Part shown: positions 20,654 through 31,004 of the stretch, piece by piece
Position numbering within the stretch: the stretch's first letter is position 1
Layout of the letters: each line of letters opens with the position of its first letter
NCBI GenBank assembly: GCA_016176465.1
Contig: JACOXD010000004.1
Location: forward strand, 114,119-178,118
Origin: Candidatus Daviesbacteria bacterium
Lineage (GTDB): Bacteria; Patescibacteriota; Microgenomatia; Daviesbacterales; UBA10151
DNA: 64,000 nucleotides
Direction: 5' to 3'
The notes under the pieces: generated by a model
What the model was told of the DNA's origin: nothing
The model's database searches: none
What the model saw: only the letters and a program-made list of their open reading frames with translations
Translations under genes and position numbers: made by a program

Positions 20654-21841
20654 TCATACTACAGATTGAGGATCTACCCATACTCTATCTGTTTTCAAAA
20701 GAGTGACAAGGCTTGATAAACCTTCTTCTTGAGGAATACCTCTTTTAAAAACCTCTCCTTTTTTATATAAAGTTATTTTCCCTCCACCCTCTCCTACATA
20801 ACCATAGTCAGCATCTATCATCTCCCCTGGCCCATTGACAATACAACCCATCACAGCAATATTAAGACCAGCTGGTAGGTGAGCTGTGGCATCTTGAACC
20901 TCAGTTAAAACTAATTCTAAATCAAATTTAGTTCTACCACAGGATGGACAGCCTATATATTCCGGTTTTGTACGCCTTAACCCTACAGACTGCAATAAAT
21001 CATAACAAACAGCTATCTCATTAATTGGATCCTCCGAGAGAGAAACTCTAATTGTATCTCCTAATCCTTCCATTAATAAAGTTGCTATCCCAGCGCTAGA
21101 TTTTATTCTGGCATACTGACCTTTTCCAGCCTCAGTTACTCCCAAGTGAAGTGGGTAGCTCATTCCTTCTTGATCCATTCTCACCACCATTAAGCGATTG
21201 GCGGCGATCATCACTGGAACTCTAGAGGATTTAAGGGAAATAACTAAATTATAAAAATTATTTCTTTCACAGATTCTTAGGTATTCCATGGCAGATTCAA
21301 CCATCCCCTCTGGTGTGTCACCATACATTACCAGTAATCTATTAGACAGACTGCCATGGTTGACACCTATTCGCAAGGTAGCATCATTTTCCCGACAAGC
21401 AGCTAAAACAGGGCGCAAGGAATCCTCAATTGCTTGCAATTGATCAGAAACCTCTAGGGGTGTATAATCATCCTTTTCAGCTCTACCTCTGTCCACAAAT
21501 AGCCCTGGATTAATTCTTACTTTATCCACGTAAGGTGCCGCTGCTATTGCAATTTTGCTACCCTTATGATGGACATCAGCTACTAAGCCTACTCTTAAAT
21601 TAAAACTATTTATTTTAGCTCTGATTTGAGAAAGGGGTTCAATGTCATGAAAGGTTGGAGCAGTAATTCTAATAATTTCTGCTCCCGCTCTGGCTAAATT
21701 AACTACTTGGTTAACCACAGCTTCTACATTAGCAGTTGGAGCAGTTACCATAGTTTGAACTGCAATGGGATTATCTCCACCTACTAATACCTCTCCTATT
21801 CTGACAACCCGAGTTATTCTGCGTTCAAAAAACTCTTGCAT
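20654..21841 (-). CDS. ispG: (E)-4-hydroxy-3-methylbut-2-enyl-diphosphate synthase
   Basis: VQTM, ADVH, RINPG, RIGVNHGSL, HLGVTEAG, GDTIRVSL, CPSCGR, VMGCIVNGPGE. Confidence 0.95.
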   Translation of the reverse strand: MQEFFERRITRVVRIGEVLVGGDNPIAVQTMVTAPTANVEAVVNQVVNLARAGAEIIRITAPTFHDIEPLSQIRAKINSFNLRVGLVADVHHKGSKIAIAAAPYVDKVRINPGLFVDRGRAEKDDYTPLEVSDQLQAIEDSLRPVLAACRENDATLRIGVNHGSLSNRLLVMYGDTPEGMVESAMEYLRICERNNFYNLVISLKSSRVPVMIAANRLMVVRMDQEGMSYPLHLGVTEAGKGQYARIKSSAGIATLLMEGLGDTIRVSLSEDPINEIAVCYDLLQSVGLRRTKPEYIGCPSCGRTKFDLELVLTEVQDATAHLPAGLNIAVMGCIVNGPGEMIDADYGYVGEGGGKITLYKKGEVFKRGIPQEEGLSSLVTLLKTDRVWVDPQSVV

Positions 21842-21946
21842 TAAATAATTGGTCTGATAACTATCAGAAATCCCACAATTTATTAGAGTTAGATTATTAA
21901 AACTAACTTAATTTAGGACAAAAAGACTGCTATACCCATAAAAGGC

Positions 21947-23575
21947 TTAATATTCACCCATTCCAGGCATACCTCCAGGAGGTCCGCCAGCTGGCGGAGG
22001 GGGTTCTGGTTGATCTGTTATAAGCACATTTGTTGACATTACCATGATAGCAACAGATGAAGCATTTTGCAGTGCAGTCCTGGTTACTTTAACAGGATCA
22101 ATAATTCCTGCCTTGACCAAATCTTTTAATTTTCCATCATTGACATCTATTCCTAAATTCCCTGATGCTTCTAGTACTTTAGCTAATGCTACTCCCTCAT
22201 CTAAGCCTGCATTTTGGATTAACCTTCTAAAAGGCTGTTCAATTGCTTTTTTAACTATCTCTACTCCTACTTTCTCCTCATCCAATGCAACTTTTAAAGC
22301 ATCTAATGTCTTAGCTACTCTTAGCAAAGCTATCTCTCCTCCAGCAACTATGCCTTCCTCAATAGCAGCCTTGGTTGCAGCAACAGCATCTATTACTCTT
22401 TCTTTCTTCTCCTTCATCTCAAGCTCTGTGGCAGCTCCGACATTAATCACTGCTACACCACCTGTTAGTTTAGCGAGTCTCTCTTGCAGTTTTTCTTTAT
22501 CAAATTCAGAATCAGAACTTTCAATTTCTCTCCTGATTTGAGCAATTCTAGCCTCAATTTTCCCCTTAACTCCTTTACCATCTACAATTAGAGTATTATC
22601 TTTATCCGATGTCACTCTTGCGGCTCTACCCAAATCATCAACCTCTATTGATTCAAATTTTTTACCGGTATCTTCGGAAATTACAGTTCCCCCTGTTAAA
22701 ATAGCAATATCTTCTAACATCTCTTTTCTCCTATCCCCAAACCCGGGTGCTCCAACTGCTAATACATTTATAGTTCCTCTTAATTTATTAACAATAAGCA
22801 AAGCTAATGCTTCACTTTCTACTTCATCAGCAATAATTACCAAGTTTTTAGAAACTTGGACAAATTTTTCTAAGAAAGGTACTAAATCTGAGGCAGCGGA
22901 GATTTTTTTATCAGTAATTAAAATATGTACATCCTCAATTGATGATTCCATCTTATCTGAATCAGTTACAAAATAAGGAGAAGCAAAACCTTTATCAAAC
23001 TCCATCCCTTCTTTATAATCAACGCTCAATTCTAAAGTTTTTCCCTCCTCAACTGTAATTACCCCATCTTTACCTACTTTAGCAATAGCTTCAGAAATTA
23101 ACTGCCCAATTTGGCTATCTTGAGCAGAGATAGTGGCTACTTGAGTGTATTCTTCCTGGGTAGTAAGTTTTTTACTCATTTTTCGAAGCTCTGAAACTAA
23201 AGTATTAATTGCCAGCTCAATTCCCCGCCTTAATATCATAGGATTTGCGCCTGCTTGAATATTTTTTAAGCCTTCAGAAACAATAGCTTGAGCTAAAATA
23301 GTAGCTGTAGTTGTTCCATCTCCTGCTACATCATTAGTTTTAGAAGCTGCTTCTTTAATAAGCTGAGCTCCCATATTCTCAAATGGATCTTCAAGTTCTA
23401 TCTCTTTAGCAACAGTTACTCCATCATGTACTACATTAGGAGCTCCCCATTTTTTATCCAAAGCTACATTTCTACCCTTAGGTCCTAGCGTTGAGGCCAC
23501 AGCATCTGTTAGGGTATTAATACCTTTAAGTAGTTTTTCTCTAGCGCTACTATCAAATAATAATATTTTAGCCAT
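21947..23575 (-). CDS. groL: Chaperonin GroEL
   Basis: [18 protein letters not shown] tail. Confidence 0.98.
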   Translation of the reverse strand: MAKILLFDSSAREKLLKGINTLTDAVASTLGPKGRNVALDKKWGAPNVVHDGVTVAKEIELEDPFENMGAQLIKEAASKTNDVAGDGTTTATILAQAIVSEGLKNIQAGANPMILRRGIELAINTLVSELRKMSKKLTTQEEYTQVATISAQDSQIGQLISEAIAKVGKDGVITVEEGKTLELSVDYKEGMEFDKGFASPYFVTDSDKMESSIEDVHILITDKKISAASDLVPFLEKFVQVSKNLVIIADEVESEALALLIVNKLRGTINVLAVGAPGFGDRRKEMLEDIAILTGGTVISEDTGKKFESIEVDDLGRAARVTSDKDNTLIVDGKGVKGKIEARIAQIRREIESSDSEFDKEKLQERLAKLTGGVAVINVGAATELEMKEKKERVIDAVAATKAAIEEGIVAGGEIALLRVAKTLDALKVALDEEKVGVEIVKKAIEQPFRRLIQNAGLDEGVALAKVLEASGNLGIDVNDGKLKDLVKAGIIDPVKVTRTALQNASSVAIMVMSTNVLITDQPEPPPPAGGPPGGMPGMGEY

Positions 23576-23578
23576 AAT

Positions 23579-24007
23579 TTATTTTTCAGAACCAGGCAGA
23601 AGGGTTTCTTCCATACTAGATTTTACATCTTGCCCTGTTCCAGCTATAGGAAATTCCCAACCGATTCCAGGATGTTTAGGTGCTCCCTCAATTTTTGGTC
23701 TTTTTCCTACTTCTGTTCCTGCAGCTGTCCTAGCTAACTCCCTCTCATCATCTAAAACTGCTTCCGGATCAGCTATTAATTTCCATCGTTCTCTTGCCTC
23801 ATCAAGTACTGGGTTTGAACCTACCACACCAACTGAATCTAATAAATCACCTATTCTTATGGCTAAACTTTTAACTAACTCATTAGCGACTCCTTCAAAC
23901 TCCAAAACACCTCCCAGTGTATTTTTTTCACCACTTCTAGCCAAAGACCAGGCCGACCTAGCAAGAGTATCAGCTGTATATGCTATATCCATCATTTGTT
24001 CATTCAT
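23579..24007 (-). CDS. Hypothetical protein between groS and groL
   Basis: 142-aa ORF with GGGAG SD-like sequence; fills the gap. Confidence 0.55.
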   Translation of the reverse strand: MNEQMMDIAYTADTLARSAWSLARSGEKNTLGGVLEFEGVANELVKSLAIRIGDLLDSVGVVGSNPVLDEARERWKLIADPEAVLDDERELARTAAGTEVGKRPKIEGAPKHPGIGWEFPIAGTGQDVKSSMEETLLPGSEK

Positions 24008-24040
24008 ATTTATTCTAAAACTCCCATTAAATCATCAAAC

Positions 24041-24066
24041 AGATCCTTCGCTACTCTCAGGATGAC
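24041..24066 (+). repeat. Family A2 half element
   Basis: agatccttcgctactctcaggatgaca, matching arms of the copies at 25613, 38159 and 60756. Confidence 0.75.
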
Positions 24067-24100
24067 AATTTGATTTGAGAAATTATACTCAAATTGTTAT

Positions 24101-24430
24101 CTACTCCAAAATAGCCATCAGATCGTCGAACTTAACGAGCTTGTACTCCTTTCCTCCTACTTTAATCTCATCTCCACCCCATTTTTTAAAAACTACTTTA
24201 TCTCCCACCTTAACTGGTGCAACCATTACTTTGCCATTTTCCAAAATTAAATCATCACCAACAGCTACCACCACTCCTTGAGCGGGTTTTTCTTGAGCTG
24301 ATTCTGGTAGATAGATGCCTGATGCAGTTTGAGTATCTGCAGCTGATGGCTCAATTAGAGCATATCCCATTAAGGGGCGAAGATTAACTTTAGTAGCATT
24401 ACTTGCTTTATTATTTTTTTGTTTAACCAT
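24101..24430 (-). CDS. groS: Co-chaperonin GroES
   Basis: LRPL, TASGIYLP, GVVVAVG, VKVGDKV. Confidence 0.96.
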   Translation of the reverse strand: MVKQKNNKASNATKVNLRPLMGYALIEPSAADTQTASGIYLPESAQEKPAQGVVVAVGDDLILENGKVMVAPVKVGDKVVFKKWGGDEIKVGGKEYKLVKFDDLMAILE

Positions 24431-24484
24431 TTTAAGTTCAATCCTTTGGAGCAGCGGATGATAGAGGCAGTTTTGTGCCTGAAT

Positions 24485-24523
24485 TTATACCAAAAACTAG
24501 CAGACTTTGTCAAGACCTGCTAA
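24485..24523 (-). promoter_or_regulatory. groESL promoter with CIRCE-like inverted repeat overlapping the -35
   Basis: Minus strand ttagcaggt-cTTGACAaa-gtctgctag (9-9-9, TTAGCA..TGCTA), followed by TGgTATAAA. Confidence 0.65.
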
Positions 24524-24603
24524 TTTTTTTACCTATTTCTTACCTTTTCTAAACCAAAAATTGATGCGCTGAATATAAACTTAAGCTTCAGAAAGGAGGA
24601 AAT

Positions 24604-24756
24604 ATGTCTATCCAGGTTTTAAATATCTATTCATTTAAGCTAGGGGAGAATCCTAATAAAGAATCTATCTTAACTGAAATAAAACAAGCTTTATCTCAGG
24701 CTAAAGAAAGTTTTTTAAGTTTTCTAACATATGCATTCAAAATTGAACTGCGATAA
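24604..24756 (+). CDS. Putative 50-aa small protein
   Basis: AAAGGAGGA SD upstream of ATG; MSIQVLNIYSFKLGENPNKESILTEIKQALSQAKESFLSFLTYAFKIELR*. Confidence 0.45.
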   Translation: MSIQVLNIYSFKLGENPNKESILTEIKQALSQAKESFLSFLTYAFKIELR

Positions 24757-25592
24757 TCCTTAGGTAAAAAGTATAGCGCTCCATTACTAATCCGCTCTAA
24801 TCCTTGAGGTTTACCCATATATCTTATCTGTAGCCATCTAGCCATAGTTTCTAAAGCTTTTAAAGTATTTTCTATTATGTATCTATTTTGGGAACTTTTT
24901 TTCTTTAGATCCAAAATAGGCAATACTTGATACTTACTACCACTACTTGTTATCCAGTTAGGTAAGTACTTAAAAGCCCAATTATTTTCTGCTAGAAAGC
25001 GAGAATATATATTGTTCTTTTGGTATAAAATCCGCATCTGTAAAACTTCATGTGCAACATAGATATCTTTATTTAACTGGACTAAATTATCTTCATCGAG
25101 TATTATATTTGTACATATCTTTCCAATAGCTTTTTTTCTAGTATACCCTTTTTTCCTTCGTAGTCCAAGCAAATTAAGTAAAAAGATTAGAAGCAATCTG
25201 GAAAACCAGACACTTTTACTAGACGTGATAATAAATAAATCAATGTCATCTTTCTTCCCGCTATTTCCAATTGCTAGTCCTCCAGATATTCCAATTAATT
25301 TTAAAGTGGGGATTAATTTTAGAAAATACAAAATTAAATTTATTTTTTTTAGATATTTTTTAGATATTTTTTCTTTTTGCAACCTTAATCTAACTATTTT
25401 TTTTCTTTTTTTTAAAAAAAAGTATTGTTTATCTTCATCTACTTTTCCTTTTTTCACTAGTTTTTGCAAAATCTTATCAATTTGTTTTAAAGTGCCTTTT
25501 TTCTCTATTAGCCACTTATGAATCTCCCAAGCTTTAAGGGGGTAATCAAAAATATCAGAATAGATTAAAGTCTTTAAAATTGCTTTCTCCAT
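24696..25592 (-). CDS. Conserved protein with nucleotidyltransferase-like motif
   Basis: YSDIFDYPL N-terminus; ISGGLA..DDIDLFII; DIYVAHEV. Confidence 0.7.
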   Translation of the reverse strand: MEKAILKTLIYSDIFDYPLKAWEIHKWLIEKKGTLKQIDKILQKLVKKGKVDEDKQYFFLKKRKKIVRLRLQKEKISKKYLKKINLILYFLKLIPTLKLIGISGGLAIGNSGKKDDIDLFIITSSKSVWFSRLLLIFLLNLLGLRRKKGYTRKKAIGKICTNIILDEDNLVQLNKDIYVAHEVLQMRILYQKNNIYSRFLAENNWAFKYLPNWITSSGSKYQVLPILDLKKKSSQNRYIIENTLKALETMARWLQIRYMGKPQGLERISNGALYFLPKDYRSSILNAYVRKLKKLSLA

Positions 25593-25612
25593 GAAGATAA
25601 TTTAACACATTA

Positions 25613-25685
25613 TGTCATTCTGATACGTCAGTGAAGAATCTAATTAGATCCTTCTCCCCTCCGGGGGCCCGCACTAAGGATGACA
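25613..25685 (+). repeat. Family A2 element, intergenic (upstream of murB)
   Basis: tgtcattctga..gaagaatc..agatccttc..aggatgaca with TGTCAT/ATGACA ends. Confidence 0.85.
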
Positions 25686-25704
25686 AAATGCTAAAATTGA
25701 TTTC

Positions 25705-26847
25705 ATGAATGGCTTAGATAGCAAATTCAAAGAAAAAATTGTTAAAGATTTACCCTTTTCAAATCTAACAACCTTAAAAATTGGTGGACCTATCAAGTAT
25801 TTTTTTGAAGCTAAAACTGAGGATGAGTTAATAGAAGCTGTTAAATTTGCTCAAAAAAATTCTCTTCCCTATTTAGTAATTGGTGGCGGATCTAATCTTT
25901 TGGTATCTGATAAAGGATATGATGGACTAGTTATAAAAAATTCCATAACTGGAATAGCGAGGGGTGACAGCGAGGAGAGGTCTTGGCGCGTACCCGCAGC
26001 GATCAGGCAACGACCTGAGAGTGAGGATACACGACGAGAAACCGAGCTGGCAGGACCCGGAGCAATTTTGAAGGTAAAAGGCGGGACTGTTTTACAAGAT
26101 TTAGTGGATTATTCTATAAAAAATGGTTTATCTGGTTTACAAAAGATGACTGGGATCCCAGGAACTATAGCTGGGGCAGTTTATGGAAATGCAGGTGCTT
26201 ACGGCCAAACTATTTCTGACCATATAGTAAAGGTGACCATTCTAAAACCAACAACAGGGTCATCTTTCAACTTAATTGGAGGATCCAGTCAGATAGATTC
26301 CCGCTGGAGTTTACCCCGTACCTCGATACGGGACGGGAATGACAATACTGAAATTAAGACCCTAACCAAAGACGCATGTGGATTTGATTACCGCCATAGT
26401 TCCTTTAAAGAAAACAAATCCATTATTTTAGAAGTAATTTTTGAGCTGGAACAGGGAAATCCTAAAACTTTAAAGAAAGAATCTGAAGAAATTTTAGAAA
26501 AAAGATTAGTTAAATATCCAAAAGGAATTAAATGTCCTGGTAGTTTTTTTATGAATATAGTTACTGAAAATTTGCCAAAGGATGTTTTAGAAAAAATTCC
26601 CCAAAATATGATTATGTATGGAAAAATCCCTGCAGGAGCACTTTTAGAAGAAGTTGGAGCAAAAGGAGATTCAATTGATGGAATAGAAATAGCTCCTTAT
26701 CATGCTAATTTATTTGTTAATAAAGGTGGTGGTAAGGCTGAAGATTTTTACAATTTAGCTAAAAAATATTTTCAAAAAGTTAAAGAAAAATTTGGAATTA
26801 CCCTTGAACCAGAAGTCCAATTAATTAATTTACCAGCCTTAAATTAA
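25705..26847 (+). CDS. murB: UDP-N-acetylmuramate dehydrogenase with two in-frame inserts
   Basis: TTLKIGGP, GGGSNLL, GIPGT.AGAVYGNAGAYG, YRHS, GSFF.N, HAN, LEPEV. Confidence 0.95.
   Translation: MNGLDSKFKEKIVKDLPFSNLTTLKIGGPIKYFFEAKTEDELIEAVKFAQKNSLPYLVIGGGSNLLVSDKGYDGLVIKNSITGIARGDSEERSWRVPAAIRQRPESEDTRRETELAGPGAILKVKGGTVLQDLVDYSIKNGLSGLQKMTGIPGTIAGAVYGNAGAYGQTISDHIVKVTILKPTTGSSFNLIGGSSQIDSRWSLPRTSIRDGNDNTEIKTLTKDACGFDYRHSSFKENKSIILEVIFELEQGNPKTLKKESEEILEKRLVKYPKGIKCPGSFFMNIVTENLPKDVLEKIPQNMIMYGKIPAGALLEEVGAKGDSIDGIEIAPYHANLFVNKGGGKAEDFYNLAKKYFQKVKEKFGITLEPEVQLINLPALN
25954..26058 (+). repeat. Family B (RPE1-like) element in frame in murB
   Basis: Near copy of 34614..34715; encodes ARGDSEERSWRVPAAIRQRPESEDTRRETELAGP. 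Confidence 0.9.
26259..26344 (+). repeat. Family A element in frame in murB, with a nested hairpin
   Basis: gtcatc..ggatcc..gattcccgc[tggagtttaccccgtacctcgatacggga]cgggaatgaca. Confidence 0.8.
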
Positions 26848-26909
26848 TTCTTTATTCTGAAGCTATTTTTGATACACTAGAATGCTATAGCTTTTTAGTG
26901 CATCACTGC

Positions 26910-27311
26910 TTAAAAATAATCAACTTCTCTTTTAGCCTGGAAGTGGGTACCATTTTTACTATTGCGAACTTTTTGTACGATTAACCAATAAGTTTTAAAA
27001 GTATTAGGATCATCTAATTTTGGCCGAGCATAGCCTGCTACTAAAATTGCTTGTTTTATCTTTAAATCTAGATTTTCTAATACGCTAAGTTGAAGTGGAC
27101 ACCCAGCTGAATGCCCAATCAAAACAGTCTCAGGAGTGTAGGTTTCTTTTAAAGCAACAGGCAGCCATTTTTTAATACCTGGGTGATTTGCATCAGGCAA
27201 TTGTGGGAGAGAAACGCTATAACCTCTTTTTTCTAATTCTTTAGTTAGCCATGGAAACCAAAAAGAATCCTTTGTCTCCCCAGTTCCATGTAGTATAACA
27301 ACATTTTTCAT
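26910..27311 (-). pseudogene. RBBP9/YdeN-like alpha/beta hydrolase, C-terminally disrupted
   Basis: ILHG, WFPWL, GHSAG nucleophile; reading becomes unrelated after about residue 100. Confidence 0.7.
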
Positions 27312-27810
27312 TTTATTTTCTCTTTAGGAACTTCTTGTCTTTCTTCACCAAAAATTTTGCTATTAAAATAATAGATGCTTTCTGGAATTATTTTGACAAA
27401 TAACCAACTGGGATTATCTATAAAAGGCTCATTTTGCTCTAAACTACCAACTCTACGATAATAAATTTTGTGCGCTTTTTTCTTTTCTTGCTGGTCTTTA
27501 AGAATATAAGCTTTTCCTTCTAGCTGAATACCTATTACATCTCCTTTTTGTTGTGTTGAATAAACTGCTACAGCTACTTTAGGATTTTTAGAAATATTTT
27601 GCATATGCCTTACATGAGACATTGAGATAAAATAAAGATTAAATTTGCTATCCCAAGCAAAGTACACTGGATTTGCCCAAACACTTCCATTATCAATAGT
27701 TGCTATACAACAATAGTCTGTTGATTTAAGACAATCTAATAAATATTTTCTCCAATTAAAATCTTTTATTTTAATAACTCCTTTAACATCTTTAAGCTTA
27801 TCTTGTCTGT
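27308..27810 (-). CDS. Pyridoxamine 5'-phosphate oxidase-like (split-barrel) protein; start lost
   Basis: Frame stays open upstream (..CCIATIDNGSVWANPVYFAWD..RHMQNISKNPKVAVAV..GIQLEG) with no ATG. Confidence 0.75.
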
Positions 27811-27863
27811 AATAATACGATAACTTAAAATTTGTGTTTGCATGAGGTTATTTTAAACACTCT

Positions 27864-29186
27864 TTATTCCTCACTTGGAGCAGGTAAGGGATTGATGTAT
27901 TTATCCAAAACTTGTTTAACACCTTGCTCTGTAGTTTGCAAAGCGTTTAGGGGATCTCTTCCTTCAAGTGTAGCATTAATTGCATCCTCATAGTATTTAA
28001 TCATCTCATCATTTATTCCCTGATCAAAGGTTCTTGATGCTAAATACCAGGATTTAAAGGTAGGCGCCTGTGCAACAAAAGCCCCTGCTATTGGATCATT
28101 GATTATCTCTTTTTGCAAGTCTACCCTCGAGTAAGGCTGACCGAATAATCTTGTCCTTGATGCTTCTTGATAAAGCAGTTTTTCAACCTCTTTGGAGGTT
28201 AGAAAATTTAAAAATTCCCAAGCTTTTTTTTGGTTTGATGATTTATTAGAAACTGCTAGTGCCCAATAAGTTGCCCAACCAATATTTCTGCCAGGCAAAT
28301 GAGGAACAGGAGCAGTTTTGAAATTTAACTCAGGATTAGCTACCCTTAACTCATGGGCTCTCCAAGAGGGGGCAAAATAAAATGCTAATTTTCCTGAAAA
28401 AAAAGCTTGGGTTGAGCCTTCCATCGCCACACTCCAAACTCTTTTTGCTGGATCTTCATTTTTAATAAAACTGGTATAAAACCTTAAAACGTCTGCGCCT
28501 GCTTTAGTGGCTGGTTTTTCTAAATTGGCATTTGGTTGCTGGGAAAAAAGTAACCCCACTATATCGCTCCAATGATCAACATTTGAAGTAGTTCCCATAG
28601 CAGCACCAGCTATTTGGATATTACTCTTCTCATCTTTAACAGTTAGTTTGGAAGCTGCATCCATAAACTCATCCCAGTTTTGGGGTATTTTTATATTTTT
28701 TTGGCTTAAAAGGTCTTCATTATAAAAAAGCGCTAATCCATCTACCTCTAAAGGCAGGGCATAAATTTGGTTATTTTTAATAAAATTATCAGTAGCGATT
28801 GGGTAGAAGGTTTTTTTGAACTGATCAATACTCATTAAATCCAAAGGTATTGCTGCTATAGTGCTTTTTTGTAAAAACATTGGTACCCAGCTATTGTGAA
28901 TCATTAAAATATCCGGCCCGTTTTCACTTTGTAGGATTTGAGTTTGTACCCTGGTTCGATAATTTACTGAGGATTGATGAGTATATTCAACTGTTACACT
29001 TGGATTTCTCTTCTGATATAAATCAATCGCCCCTTTTATCAAACTCTCATCTTCCCAAAGTCCCCAAACTTTTAAAGTCACTGGTTGATTCAAGTTAGAT
29101 GTTCCTTTTAGTAAATATCCAAACCGCCAAAAAAGTATTCCCAAAATTACACTAATTACTAAAACTACTATAATTATTATCTTCAT
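27864..29186 (-). CDS. Sugar-type ABC extracellular solute-binding protein
   Basis: WGLWED, PDI..H..W, YALP..DGLALFYN, AWEFL.FL. Confidence 0.88.
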   Translation of the reverse strand: MKIIIIVVLVISVILGILFWRFGYLLKGTSNLNQPVTLKVWGLWEDESLIKGAIDLYQKRNPSVTVEYTHQSSVNYRTRVQTQILQSENGPDILMIHNSWVPMFLQKSTIAAIPLDLMSIDQFKKTFYPIATDNFIKNNQIYALPLEVDGLALFYNEDLLSQKNIKIPQNWDEFMDAASKLTVKDEKSNIQIAGAAMGTTSNVDHWSDIVGLLFSQQPNANLEKPATKAGADVLRFYTSFIKNEDPAKRVWSVAMEGSTQAFFSGKLAFYFAPSWRAHELRVANPELNFKTAPVPHLPGRNIGWATYWALAVSNKSSNQKKAWEFLNFLTSKEVEKLLYQEASRTRLFGQPYSRVDLQKEIINDPIAGAFVAQAPTFKSWYLASRTFDQGINDEMIKYYEDAINATLEGRDPLNALQTTEQGVKQVLDKYINPLPAPSEE

Positions 29187-29260
29187 TGAGTTTATTTATT
29201 ATAACTTAAATTTAGCATCATTTTTTCCTATTCTTATCTTTTTTTGTTAAAATGTGGCCC

Positions 29261-30997
29261 ATGAGTAAACTGAGAGTTATTATTTTTATAATCATAATTA
29301 GCCTTTTTTTAAGCTTTAAACTAATATTTTTAAATAAGATTTATCCCGGGGTAAAGGTGGCAAGCGTGGACTTAATGGGATTAACCAAGGCAGAAGCAAG
29401 AGAAAAAATTGAGAAAAAAATATTTAAAGATCGCGCCAAACTTTTATCATTTAAACAAAGCGAACAAAACTATCATATTGATTTATCAAAAGGGTTTATT
29501 ATTGAAAGCGATCAAGCAATAGATGAAGCATATCAGTTTGGTAGAACCAAATTTAGCTACCCGCCGCCAAATGTAAAAATCCATACAAATTTCAATAAAC
29601 AATTTGAAAGCAGTATTCAAAATATCGCTTTTGCAATTAATATCGAAGCGATTGATTCTCAATTAAAAGTTGACGATTCCCAAATTAATGTTACTCCATC
29701 TCAAGACGGATTGGTTTTGGATGAAGATGAACTAAAAGTAAAAATTACTAACTATCTAAATACTGGCTTGATTGATAATACTATTCCCACTAAAAAGAAA
29801 CTACCAAATTTGAACTATGAGCAGGCTTTATCTCTAAAGCAGTCTTTAGATGAGATTAAGCTCTCCCCCATTCAACTTAAATTTAAAGATAGGCTCTGGT
29901 TACTGGATTTAGAAACAGCGCTAAATTTAATAGATATTGAAAGTTCAAATCCTTCCTTAGCATCCTTAGTAATAAATGATCAAAATATCAATATCCCCAA
30001 AATTAAAGTAGGTAAAGAGGTTATTGAAGATCGAAAGATAGTTTTAAATCAAAAAGCCCTAGATGATTACTTAAATGAACTATCTTTAGACATCAACCAA
30101 GCAGTTGAGGAACCGCTATTTAACTTTGACGGAGTGAAAGTTGTGGAGTTTCGCCCACCCCTTGAGGGTAGAAAATTAAATAAAGATATTAGCGCATCTT
30201 TGATAACAAATGCTATTTTAGCTAAGCAAAAGCAAATTGAATTGCCTGTTGATATAACTTTACCTAAAAATAAACTAACTAATGATCTAGGTATTAAAGA
30301 GTTAGTTGGTAGAGGATTCTCAAACTTTGCTGGATCAATTCCCAATAGAGTGTTTAATATCTCTTTAGCTGCATCAAGAATTAACGGAGTTTTAATTGCA
30401 CCTAATGAGGAGTTTTCTTTTAATAAAACAGTCGGTGATATATCAAGCGCATCTGGTTATAAACAAGCTTATGTTATTAAATCAGGCAGAACTGTTTTAG
30501 ATGATGGAGGGGGTGTATGCCAAGTATCAACCACACTTTTTAGAACTGTTCTAAATTCAGGATTACCGGTAATAGCAAGAACAGCACATGCATATAGAGT
30601 AGGTTACTATGAGCAAGGATTCCCTCCAGGACTTGATGCAACTATTTTTTCACCTAATGTTGACTTTAAATTTAAAAATGACACAAGCCATCACATTCTG
30701 ATTCAGGCTTATATAATAGGAAACTCTTTATATATAGATTTTTACGGTACAAAAGATGGTAGGGTCGCTAAAATCTCAACTCCTGTAGTTACTAACCAAA
30801 CTCCTCCACCACCAGAGTTAAGACAAGATGATCCAACCCTACCTAAAGGAGTGGTAAAACAAGTAGATTTTGCAGCCTGGGGAGCAAATGTAGTATTTTC
30901 AAGAACAGTTATAAGAAATGGTGAGACTATAATTAATGAGTCATTTAGATCAAACTTCCGCCCATGGCAAGCAGTCTACCTTGTAGGAACTCAATAA
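29261..30997 (+). CDS. VanW-family protein with peptidoglycan-binding domains
   Basis: NR..NI, FSFN, GGGVCQVSTTLFR, GLDAT. Confidence 0.92.
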   Translation: MSKLRVIIFIIIISLFLSFKLIFLNKIYPGVKVASVDLMGLTKAEAREKIEKKIFKDRAKLLSFKQSEQNYHIDLSKGFIIESDQAIDEAYQFGRTKFSYPPPNVKIHTNFNKQFESSIQNIAFAINIEAIDSQLKVDDSQINVTPSQDGLVLDEDELKVKITNYLNTGLIDNTIPTKKKLPNLNYEQALSLKQSLDEIKLSPIQLKFKDRLWLLDLETALNLIDIESSNPSLASLVINDQNINIPKIKVGKEVIEDRKIVLNQKALDDYLNELSLDINQAVEEPLFNFDGVKVVEFRPPLEGRKLNKDISASLITNAILAKQKQIELPVDITLPKNKLTNDLGIKELVGRGFSNFAGSIPNRVFNISLAASRINGVLIAPNEEFSFNKTVGDISSASGYKQAYVIKSGRTVLDDGGGVCQVSTTLFRTVLNSGLPVIARTAHAYRVGYYEQGFPPGLDATIFSPNVDFKFKNDTSHHILIQAYIIGNSLYIDFYGTKDGRVAKISTPVVTNQTPPPPELRQDDPTLPKGVVKQVDFAAWGANVVFSRTVIRNGETIINESFRSNFRPWQAVYLVGTQ

Positions 30998-31004
30998 GTT
31001 AGCT

